From assembly GCA_044892525.1 (NCBI GenBank), contig CM097885.1:53756001-53820000 (forward strand): a DNA stretch of 64,000 bases, written 5' to 3'. Made by a program: the position numbers and the translations under genes. Origin of the DNA: Schmidtea polychroa. Its lineage: Eukaryota. Positions within the stretch are counted from its first letter, which is position 1; each line of letters begins with the position of its first letter. Positions 1 to 9,750 of the stretch are shown here, in pieces. The notes under the pieces were generated by a model, which worked only from the letters and a program-made list of their open reading frames with translations, searched no databases and was not told where the DNA came from.

Positions 1-1240
1 CTTTCGGCAATACAAAATTTATATAAACTGCATCCGTTCACTAAAAGAAAATAATCATTAATATTAGATAGAGAATAAAAAATTATTCACTTATATAAGT
101 TAAATTAAAAGTTTAAATGACAAACATTTGAAAAGTTACTGCTTATATATTACACATGATTACATTCTGACCAATCAAAATCAAGGAAGGGGTAGGAAAA
201 ATAAATATATTCTGACCAATCAAAATCATGGAAGGGGTAGGAAAAATAAATGCATTACGTTGCAATATTTTAAAACTTCAATATATTTTAAAACACATTT
301 TAATGCTAAAGTTGACTTATTCAACATTTTCATAATAATTTAATAAAAAATAATGCGATGAACCCACAAAGTAATATCATTTTTCATCAAATTGCAAAAC
401 AGTAATAACGTTTTCATAAAATTGTAACAAAGTAATAACATATTTCAGATAAATTTTCAACAGTTGTAAAATATTTAAGCAAATTGTAACAAGATTAGAA
501 AATATTACAACAAAGTAGTAACATATTTCAGAAAATTTCAACAAAGTTGTAAAATATTTATCAAATTGTAACTAAAATAATAAAAATATTGCAACAAAGT
601 AATAAAATAATGATGTTAATTGGGACAAATCAATACATTATTTCGAAGACGGACAACAAATTAAAAAGAATATTGTAATAAATTGTGAAGTCTTTCAGTA
701 AATTACAACAAAGTAATAACATATTTCGGAAATATTTCACCAGATGTAAAATATTTAAGCAAATTGTTATAAGATTATAAAAATATTGCAACAAAGTAAT
801 AAAATAATACAACATTTTAAACTCTAGATCAATCCATTTTATAGAAAATTAAATTTTATCTCTATAATATATGAATAAATATACAAGGAAATTACGTTAA
901 CTGTATGAAAAATACAAATTTATCGTAAAAACATGTGTGTATTACACACAACATACGAGACATAATTTTTAATCAAGCTATTTTATAGAAAATTAAATTT
1001 TATCTATATAATATATGAATAAATATCCAAGGAAATTACGTTAACTGTATGAAAAATACAAATTTATCATAAAAACATGTGTGTATTACACACAAAGCGA
1101 CAAACTAAGGTTTTAATTGCGCCATGTTGTAGAGAATTAAATTCTGCCTATACATGGTTACACTTAAATCTCGATCAGACCTGTTAAAAGTGACAAAAAG
1201 AGTAAAAACAGTAGAGTAGGGTATTGTGTGGAGTCGGGAA

Positions 1241-1456
1241 CAAAGACATATGACGTCATCGATGACGTCACAAAGACATATGAGTCATACCCCCGGGGAG
1301 GGGTAGAAATTTTTAAACGAAGACCATGACTCATCGTGATGACTCATCGTGATGACTCATCGTGATGACTCATCGTGATGACTCATCAAGATGCCTCATC
1401 GTGATGACTCATCAAGATGCCTCATCGTGATGACTCATCAAGGTCATATGACTCAT
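1241..1456. promoter_or_regulatory. AP-1/CRE motif array in the palindrome spacer
   Basis: TGACGTCA twice (1251, 1263), TGAGTCA (1281), about eight TGACTCA mostly at 13-bp period (1327-1455) and one TCAAGGTCA (1438). Function is inferred from the motifs only. Confidence 0.6.
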
Positions 1457-1598
1457 CGACTCCACACATTACCCTACTCTACTGTTTTTACTCTTTTTGT
1501 CACTTTTAACAGGTCTGATCGAGATTTAAGTGTAACCATGTATAGGCAGAATTTAATTCTCTACAACATGGCGCAATTAAAACTTTAGTTTGTCGCTT

Positions 1599-2590
1599 TG
1601 TGTGTAATACACACATGTTTTTACGATAAATTTGTATTTTTCGCGCGGTTAACGTAATTTTCTTGGATTTTTATTCATATATTATATAGATAAAATTTAA
1701 TTTTCTATAAAATAGCTTGATTAAAAATTATGTCTCGTATGTTGTGTGTAATACACACACATGTTTTTACGATAAATTTGTATTTTTCATACAGTTAACG
1801 TAATTTTCTTAGGATTTTATTCATATATTATATAGATAAAATTTAATTTTCTATAAAATAGCTTGATAAAAAATTATGTCTCGTATGTTGTGTGTAATAC
1901 ACACACATGTTTTTACGATAAATTTGTATTTTTCATACAGTTAACGTAATTTTCTTAGGATTTTATTCATATATTATATAGATAAAATTTAATTTTCTAT
2001 AAAATGGATTGATAAGAAATTATGTATCTTGTTTTGTGTGTAATACACACATGTTTTTACGATAAATTTGTATTTTTCATATAGTTAACGTAATTTTCTT
2101 AGGATTTTATTCATATATTATATATATAAAATTTAATTTTCTATAAAATGGATTGATTAAAATTTATGTCTCGTATGTTGTGTGTAATACACACACATGT
2201 TTTTACGATAAATTTGTATTTTTCATATAGTTAACGTAATTTTCTTAGGATTTTATTCATATATTATATAGATAAAATTTAATTTTCTATAAAATGGATT
2301 GATTAGAAATTATGTATCTTGTTTTGTGTGTAATACACACATGTTTTTATGATAAATTTGTATTTTTCATACAGTTAACGTAATTTCCTTGTATATTTAT
2401 TCATATATTATAGAGATAAAATTTAATTTTCTATAAAATAGCTTGATTAAAAATTATGTCTCGTATGTTGTGTGTAATACACACATGTTTTTACGATAAA
2501 TTTGTATTTTTCATACAGTTAACGTAATTTCCTTGTATATTTATTCATATATTATAGAGATAAAATTTAATTTTCTATAGAATGGATTGA
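1599..2590. repeat. ~145-bp tandem repeat, ~7 copies (about 2 inverted copies at 829-1094)
   Basis: The internal landmark ATGTTTTT recurs at 1615, 1761, 1907, 2051, 2197, 2341 and 2485. Each unit carries the palindrome TGTGTGTAATACACACA. Confidence 0.95.
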
Positions 2591-3167
2591 TCTAGAGTTT
2601 AAAATGTTGTATTATTTTATTACTTTGTTGCAATATTTTTATAATCTTATAACAATTTGCTTAAATATTTTACATCTGGTGAAATATTTCCGAAATATGT
2701 TATTACTTTGTTGTAATTTACTGAAAGACTTCACAATTTATTACAATATTCTTTTAAATTTGTTGTCCGTCTTCGAAATAATGTATTGATTTGTCCCAAT
2801 TAACATCATTATTTTATTACTTTGTTGCAATATTTTTATTATTTTTGTTACAATTTGATAAATATTTTACAACTTTGTTGAAATTTTCTGAAATATGTTA
2901 CTACTTTGTTGTAATATTTTCTAATCTTGTTACAATTTGCTTAAATATTTTACAACTGTTGAAAATTTATCTGAAATATGTTATTACTTTGTTACAATTT
3001 TATGAAAACGTTATTACTGTTTTGCAATTTGATGAAAAATGATATTACTTTGTGGGTTCATCGCATTATTTTTTATTAAATTATTATGAAAATGTTGAAT
3101 AAGTCAACTTTAGCATTAAAATGTGTTTTAAAATATATTGAAGTTTTAAAATATTGCAACGTAATGC

Positions 3168-3280
3168 ATTTATTTTTCCTACCCCTTCCATGATTTTGAT
3201 TGGTCAGAATATATTTATTTTTCCTACCCCTTCCTTGATTTTGATTGGTCAGAATGTAATCATGTGTAATATATAAGCAG
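3168..3280 (+). promoter_or_regulatory. Putative Pol II promoter of the pPolB gene (two inverted CCAAT boxes plus a TATA-like box); mirror copy at ~140-250
   Basis: Two ~45-bp units containing TTTTGATTGGTCAG, then TATATAAG at ~3270, about 55 bp upstream of the spliced ATG. Confidence 0.55.
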
Positions 3281-3327
3281 TAACTTTTCAAATGTTTGTC
3301 ATTTAAACTTTTAATTTAACTTATATA

Positions 3328-4177
3328 AGTGAATAATTTTTTATTCTCTATCTAATATTAATGATTATTTTCTTTTAGTGAACGGATGCAGTTTATATAA
3401 ATTTTGTATTGCTGAAAGTCATGAAGATGTGGAGAACTGTAAATCAGTTACATCATCATATTTCAAGATAAATGACTCTACCTTATCGGGTTACATATGT
3501 CCGGAATGTCTCATTATATCACCAGGTAGGTGGTTAATGTTTGTACGACAACACGGACACCATCTTAGAAGATTCGAAGAAACGAAGAGCAGGATGATCA
3601 CTAAAAGTAATACTCTTTCTACTATTAACAATTATTAATTTTTTATAGTACAATCGAAAATGAATACATCATACGATCCTAAGCAGATTAAAGAATATGT
3701 TACAAGTTATGTTATTTAAGTTGTTTAATATTAATTATAAATATAGTTAGACAAAACTCTGGCACCACAAAACGAAAGTCAATATTTTACGGAAATGGAG
3801 ACTCTAACATACAATTGTGTCCACGTCGGGAGTCTGACTTAAATGATTCTCGTGTTGAATTGACAAGCGATGTATCTGCAATTAATTCTCCTGACATTGT
3901 TGTTCCAGATTGTCTCATCAAAGAAATAGAAGATCATATTCAACGAATGGGGACAGTAAAAATCCAATTTGGACTTTGTGCAGAGTTTATCAAAGAGGAT
4001 GGTGAAATTAAAAAATGGTGTTTGTCGAATAAAGCAATTACAATGTCATCTTCATTTATTAATGATGGAATTACAAAATTAAAAGAAAAGTTGGAGAAAT
4101 ACACTCTCGCAGGATTAATAAATTGTTACCTGTTGTCTTTCATAATTTACGAGGCTATGACCTCCACCATATTTTAA
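3328..4177 (+). CDS. Spliced N-terminal part of the pPolB gene (exons 3328, 3379-3606, 3649-3705, 3747-4177)
   Basis: Three GT-AG introns (3329-3378, 3607-3648, 3706-3746) join A|TG and ORFs 3378 and 3815 into one open frame. It encodes a CxxC...HxH Zn-finger-like stretch and ends ...KLKEKLEKYTLAG, resembling the segment before the GSGW motif of Polinton-type pPolBs. Confidence 0.65.
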
Positions 4178-6111
4178 AACATGGTCTCAGTGATTTTCCC
4201 CTTTGGGAACTTAATATTATACCTACCTCTACAGAAAAATTTATATCTTTAATTGCATATATTAACAAATTGCCTGTTCGTTTTATTGACAGCATGCAAT
4301 TTGTTAATTGTTCTTTAGCAAAAGCTGTGAAAACCTTAACTACTTTTCCGTTAACTTCGTCTGTCTTTCAAGGGTCGATGATTCACTCTAAAGGTATCTT
4401 TCCATATAATTTCGCTACTTCTTTGGATGTTCTTGAATCGACTTTAGAATTACCTCCTATTTGGTCTGATGTTACGGATGATCAGTACGCTGAGGCTCAA
4501 CTAATGTGGAGTCAGCATAACTGTAATAATTTGTTAGATTATATGTTAATCTACCTAAAATTGGACGTATACCTCCTCGCAGACTATTTTCAGCAATTCC
4601 GCGGTAAGGCAATTGCTTACAATGGTCTGGATCCTCTTAATTTCTACGGGATTCCCGGTATGTCATGGGCCTCAGCGCTTATGACATTAACGGAACCCAT
4701 AGAACTTTTGCAGGACATGGAAATGTATAATTTCTATGAGGGAGGTATCCGGGGTGGGTTAACATTTGTTAACAAACATTACACGGCTACTTCAGATGAT
4801 ACAGAATTATTGTACATTGATATAAATAATCTGTATGGTTGGGCTCTTAGCCAAAATCTTCCGTATGGTGATTTTTCTTGGGTGAATGATAACTTGAATG
4901 ATGTTTTACTTGAATGTATGAACACGGATATTGATAACCTTCCATATGGGTATACTATGGAGGTTGATATCGATATTCCGGAATGTGTGCATGACTTTTT
5001 GAATGATTTTCCGCTTGCGCCGGAAAAGTTGTGCCCGCCTAATTCAAAAGTTGAGAAGCTTATGCTTACGCATTGGCCAAAGAGGAACTATGTTCTTCAT
5101 TGGAGGCTTCTCAAATTGTATATAGAATTAGGTGCGGTTGTTGTAAATATTCATAGATGTATAAAGTTTAAACAAGGACCTATCTTTAAATCCTACATAG
5201 ACACCAACACCACTTTACGATCTCAGTCTACTAGCGAGATATATAGGGACTTGTTTAAATTGTATAATAACAGTCTGTACGGTAAATCCGTTGAAAATCT
5301 GAAAAAACGAATGAATTTGAGGTTGTGTAATTCATCCGAAAAGATGATAGTATACTCCTCAAAGCCGACTTTCAGAAAGTCTATAAGAATCGATAACGAT
5401 CTGATTGCGGCACATTTGGAAAAAGATTCAATTTGTTTAGACAGACCTAGCTACATCGGTCAAACAGTACTAGATCTGTCTAAACTGTGGATGTACCAGC
5501 TCCAATATATTGATTTGGAGAAGTACAGACGACAATATAAATGTATTATAAATATTATTGCCGGTGATACCGACAGTTTCTTTTTGGAAATAAAAAATTT
5601 AAAATTAACAACTCTATTACCTCAGATGATCTCTGATAATTTATTGGATACGTCAAATTACGATCCAACACACCCCTTGTATAATAGGAACCTTGACTCT
5701 GTCATCGGGAAGTTTAAAGATGAGAGCAAGGGATTAGGTTATTCCGAATGGGTTTTCTTACGCCCTAAATGTTATAGTCTTTTAGGTAGTAAGGAAACGG
5801 TAAAAGCGAAGGGGGTTAAATTACCAGGGACATCAATAAATCATGAAACATATCTAAATTGCTTTCATTCAAATCAGGTGATTTCTGTACCGCAGACTAG
5901 AATAGGTACTAGAAATCACCAACTTTTTACATTTAAAAATTCGAAAATGGCCCTAAGTAATAATGATGATAAGCGCGCGTGGCTAGGCAAAAACATAAGT
6001 TACGCATTTGGGCACTATTTAGGAGTTGACGAATTAAGTGAATATGATGAGGAATTCAGTGCAGCTCCAAGTCCCAGTTTCGACGACAGCGAATGGGATG
6101 AAGATCAATAA
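4123..6111 (+). CDS. polB: Protein-primed family B DNA polymerase (exonuclease II/III plus polymerase domains), Polinton/adintovirus type
   Basis: Motifs FHNLRGYD (ExoII), FIDS, KGIFPY, YLKLDV (ExoIII), GIRGG, YIDINNLYG, KLYNNSLYGK, GDTDS, GKFKDE, RPKCY and KAKGV. It is out of frame with the upstream exons and lacks ExoI. Confidence 0.93.
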   Translation: MLPVVFHNLRGYDLHHILKHGLSDFPLWELNIIPTSTEKFISLIAYINKLPVRFIDSMQFVNCSLAKAVKTLTTFPLTSSVFQGSMIHSKGIFPYNFATSLDVLESTLELPPIWSDVTDDQYAEAQLMWSQHNCNNLLDYMLIYLKLDVYLLADYFQQFRGKAIAYNGLDPLNFYGIPGMSWASALMTLTEPIELLQDMEMYNFYEGGIRGGLTFVNKHYTATSDDTELLYIDINNLYGWALSQNLPYGDFSWVNDNLNDVLLECMNTDIDNLPYGYTMEVDIDIPECVHDFLNDFPLAPEKLCPPNSKVEKLMLTHWPKRNYVLHWRLLKLYIELGAVVVNIHRCIKFKQGPIFKSYIDTNTTLRSQSTSEIYRDLFKLYNNSLYGKSVENLKKRMNLRLCNSSEKMIVYSSKPTFRKSIRIDNDLIAAHLEKDSICLDRPSYIGQTVLDLSKLWMYQLQYIDLEKYRRQYKCIINIIAGDTDSFFLEIKNLKLTTLLPQMISDNLLDTSNYDPTHPLYNRNLDSVIGKFKDESKGLGYSEWVFLRPKCYSLLGSKETVKAKGVKLPGTSINHETYLNCFHSNQVISVPQTRIGTRNHQLFTFKNSKMALSNNDDKRAWLGKNISYAFGHYLGVDELSEYDEEFSAAPSPSFDDSEWDEDQ

Positions 6112-6300
6112 GACAACTGAAAATTGTATAGAAACTTTTATTTACAAAAACTTGTATTTATAACTTGTATTATAACATGTATTATAACTTGTATTTATAT
6201 ATATAAATATTGAATAAAAATTTGTAATCAGATTTTTTTTTTAAATTATTTCAAGTATTTGTTGTTTTATTATAATTTTTTATATTTAATGGTGATTTTT

Positions 6301-6489
6301 ATATAGTCTGCAGTGAGCATGCAGCTATATCAGTATATTTTTATATAGTCTGCAGTGAGCATGCAGCTATATTTTTATATAGTCTGCAGTGAGCATGCAG
6401 CTATATAAGTATATTTTTATATAGTCTGCAGTGAGCATGCAGCTATATAAGTATATTTCATATAGTCTGCAGTGAGCATGCAGCTATAT
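6301..6489. repeat. Five copies of a 30-bp imperfect palindrome ATATAGTCTGCAGTGAGCATGCAGCTATAT
   Basis: Copies start at 6301, 6343, 6377, 6419 and 6460, with a 34-42 bp period. Confidence 0.95.
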
Positions 6490-6496
6490 CAATCAC

Positions 6497-6498
<2 letters not shown>

Positions 6499-6566
<68 letters not shown>

Positions 6567-6581
6567 CTTTAAACAGCTTGC

Positions 6582-6665
<84 letters not shown>

Positions 6666-6681
6666 CTTTAAACAGCTTGCA
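6499..6681. repeat. (TAA)n microsatellite, two blocks each ending in AAACTTTAAACAGCTTGCA
   Basis: Direct reading; a further (AAT)n lies at ~7568-7635. Confidence 0.95.
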
Positions 6682-6814
6682 AGGTTACTAGTCATGCTTA
6701 TTATACATTTGATGGTTACAATTTCTACATTTTGAAAACTATATTTTGATTGGCTATCACAATTTTATAAATGTAAGAACAAAAGTAATTTAGTTATTAA
6801 GAAATTTATTACTA

Positions 6815-7418
6815 ATGATTTCTATAAATAAAACTGATGAATGTGTAACACATTTGGTAACTTTATTATTTTGTCAATATTTTTTTATATATACCATTTA
6901 TAGCAAGGAAGTCCTACTAGAAATAAGGAAAAATTATGTCCAACCTATTCCGAAATTTCATTGAAATTTTTTAACAACACAGTTGAAGATTTTATAAATA
7001 ATCATGATACTTACAGTGATAAGCAACTCATAAATATTTTAAAGATTTTCAAACATTCCTCTATTGAATATTTGTTTGATTTATTTAATTATGAGAAATC
7101 CATTTTAAAGTTATCTTGTTATTTAATGTACTTAGAAAAAATAGCAGTTGTATGTATTTAAGGTTGAAACCTGGATATAGTAGATTGATTTATGATTGGA
7201 TAGCAAAAACCGATTTGATTGAAAATAAGCTAACGAAAAAACTGAACGAGGTTAAGAAAAAGTATTTAACTTGTTCAATTTGTAAAGAAAATCGAGTTTC
7301 GGTTTTGTATTTACCATGTGGTCATGTAATTGTTTGTTCTAAGTGTCACGAGAAGAATGTTCGCAAGTGTCAAGCCTGTTCAACACTGATTAATGAATAT
7401 CATACTATATATATTTAG
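6815..7418 (+). CDS. C3HC4 RING-finger protein (IAP/MDM2-like RING, no BIR), 173 aa, exons 6815-6856, 6904-7127, 7163-7418
   Basis: GT-AG introns of 47 and 35 bp join the ATG, ORF 6961 and ORF 7116 in frame. C-terminal CSIC...LPCGHVIVCSKC...KCQAC. GATTGG (~6748) and TATAAA (~6766) lie upstream. Confidence 0.8.
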
Positions 7419-7565
7419 TTTACCTTTGTTAATTTTACATTATTTTATTGTTTAAATAAATGTATGTTTTGTTGATTTGTTGATTTGTTGAGCGTGACCA
7501 GTACCCTTGTGAGGATTACCCATAGGGGGACAAAATATTTTGTCGGATAGACTCGGTGTATATAG

Positions 7566-7635
<70 letters not shown>

Positions 7636-7814
7636 TCTTTAGAAATAATAATCTTAATAACAAGATCTATGGCTCATTCGAAAGGCCTTGGATTGAGCTT
7701 TAAAATGAGCTATCGATTATTAATTATCGTTGACGGGAACTTTGAAAATATTAAAGATAATAATATTTTTTAAAAATAATAATAAAAATAATAATATTTT
7801 TAAAAATAATAATA

Positions 7815-8340
7815 TGACCTTGATGACTCATCGCGATGACTCACATGACCTTGAGAATGACCTTGGATGAGTCATGCGACCTTGAAAATGACCTTGGTGA
7901 GTCATAGGATGACTCAGATGACCTTGAAAATGACCTTGAATTTTTTTTGATGAGTCATAGTATGAGTCATATGCCCTTGAAATTTTTTTGATGCGTCATA
8001 GTATGAGTCATATGACCTTGAGAATGACCTTGAATGAGTCATATGACCTTGAGAATGACCTTGAATGAGTCATAGTATGAGTCATACGACCTTGAAAATG
8101 ACCTTGATGAGTCATGGTCCTTGTTTAAATGACCTTGAGAAATTTTTTGCCCTTGATGAGTCATATTATGAGTCATATGACCTTGAAAATGACCTTGATG
8201 AGTCATAGGATGAGTCATGGTCTTTGTTTCAATGACCTTGATGAGTCATATGTCTTTGTCTAAATTTGACCTTGAAAAAAAATGTACTTTTAGACTTAGA
8301 ATATTTTTGAAAATCTTACCGACGGGGGGGGGGGGGGTAC
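7815..8340. promoter_or_regulatory. Dense array of TGACCTTG and TGA(C/G)TCA motifs ending in a poly-G tract
   Basis: Roughly 15 or more copies of each motif between 7815 and 8275; G-run at ~8324-8337. Confidence 0.65.
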
Positions 8341-8397
8341 TGTGCTAGCGGTGCCCTGTGCCAGCGGTGCCCAATCCATCTACTATCAATTTTCATT

Positions 8398-8700
8398 TTA
8401 TTTGAAACTGATTTCATCAAAAGCATCATAAAATATTTCATATCTGTTGTTGAACCATGCATGTTGATTACATGCTAGATTGGAATTTATACGTTTGAAA
8501 ACATCATCAATAGTTTTAACATCTATCATTGAAAGCGTGCCGGATAAGAATTGAAATTGAGTTGGAATTAGCGTGATCGGTGCAACCAATTTCATATTGA
8601 TTTCTTCTTTTAAAAAATACATTTTGTAATTGTGGAACATTTGAACCGGTTGTACCATTTCTTCTTTAGGTTTTTCGGTGCTTGAAATTTTCTTGGTCAT
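8398..8700 (-). CDS. Orphan 100-aa protein of the pPolB element
   Basis: ATG-started ORF of non-repetitive composition. TATAAAAA lies ~35 bp upstream and a CCAAT box at ~8763. No recognisable domain. Confidence 0.5.
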   Translation of the reverse strand: MTKKISSTEKPKEEMVQPVQMFHNYKMYFLKEEINMKLVAPITLIPTQFQFLSGTLSMIDVKTIDDVFKRINSNLACNQHAWFNNRYEIFYDAFDEISFK

Positions 8701-9009
8701 CGTGAATAATGATTAAAAGGAAATGTTACAGGGTTTTTATACCTTTGACTCATGCCTATCAACCAATCATATTAGAGCATGTCTTTGTTTAAATTGCATT
8801 CAAAATGCATTGATGTTGCATTAATGTTGTATTATTAATGTTTTTTATTATAAATAATGTTTTTATTATTTTCAAACTATTTCTATCATTATTTCTATTA
8901 CTATTTCTATTATTTATATTTCTATTATTATTATTTCTATTTATATTATTTCTATTTACTAAAAAGACAAAACAAAATAATTAAACATAAAAATTTATTT
9001 AGAAACAAT

Positions 9010-9430
9010 TTAACTTGTATGATAATTTCTAAGAGTCTTTACCAAAGACCATTCGACATATCTTTGATATCGGAAATTGCAACAGCTGCATCCAAAAACA
9101 CAGGGATTTTCTTGTTTGAATTCCTTCATTATTCTTTCAATCTTCACATCCCAGAGAAATGTGTTGATGATGTCGAATATCCATATTCTTGTTTCATTAT
9201 ATATTAAATCCGGAATGATTGCAGGATCTCGATCCTTCAGGATATCATGTAATTCCGGGTAATAGAAACACAATCTCTCCAGTATTATTACCTGAAATTC
9301 ATATGTAAATAATATATTAAATCCAAGTAATAATAAAAATTTAAAATAACCATAATGTTCATGTTCTTTCATCGTGGTTATTGCGGAGCTTTGAATATTG
9401 TACATTTTGTAAAAATGATTTTTAAACAAA
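9010..9430 (-). CDS. Orphan protein with Cys-rich C-terminus (CVFGCSCC); 5' end uncertain
   Basis: The 3' part of ORF 9010-9537 is protein-like and is followed by AATAAA. The 5' part overlaps a hAT remnant on the other strand. Confidence 0.4.
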
Positions 9431-9439
9431 AACATATAT

Positions 9440-9750
9440 ATAGAACCCAAGGACACGAAAATGTAAGTATCAAGTTCGACTTTGGAATCAGCTTTAAGTG
9501 CCTGTATTTCAATTCTAAGAGATTCGTTATTGGTCAAGTTCTTTTTATCGACCTGTTAGCTTAGATTATAAAACATTCAATTAATCGTGTTTTTTTGAGA
9601 TATTTATTAAATTTATGGAAAAAGCAAGTGGTTGATTCAGTAAAGTGTTCGCACCAAATTATCCATCTCTTCAACATAATTGATGAAGTTTATAATTTCT
9701 TTTATATGTCAACACAAAAATGAGTTATTTTACAGTCAAAATGTCCATAT
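9440..9750 (+). pseudogene. Degraded hAT transposase fragment
   Basis: Manual translation LNLW...IIDEVYNFFYMSTQK*VIL resembles the LNL...YNFFxxSxxRW region of hAT transposases. Confidence 0.4.

Larger units (their letters stand above)
1..3418. repeat. Large inverted repeat: left arm <=1-1236, right arm 1457-3418, 220-bp non-palindromic spacer
   Basis: Base 1 onward is the reverse complement of 3418 backward (mirror ORFs 128-343/3076-3291 and 630-815/2604-2789). The inner ends GAGTCG (1231-1236) and CGACTC (1457-1462) pair. The 726-bp length difference equals five extra ~145-bp repeat units in the right arm. Confidence 0.97.
1..9430 (+). mobile_element. Polinton/Maverick/adintovirus-like (pPolB-encoding) endogenous element, partial and probably defective
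   Basis: Contains a pPolB gene, a RING gene, small orphan ORFs with TATA/CCAAT promoters, long inverted repeats and motif arrays. No capsid, ATPase or integrase is visible in the window. The left end lies outside the window and the right end is approximate. Confidence 0.7.

Noticed and set aside
128..3291. Short ORFs in the palindrome arms (128-343, 630-815, 1391-1588, 2604-3042, 3076-3291)
   Set aside because: They are translations of repeats and promoter sequence, mostly with non-ATG starts and low complexity.
6301..6489. CRISPR-like appearance of the palindromic 30-mer array
   Set aside because: Spacers are 4-12 bp and near-identical, there are no cas genes, and the context is eukaryotic.
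6489..7773. Poly-Tyr, poly-Leu and poly-Ile ORFs (also 57451-57840)
   Set aside because: Translations of (AAT)n microsatellites.
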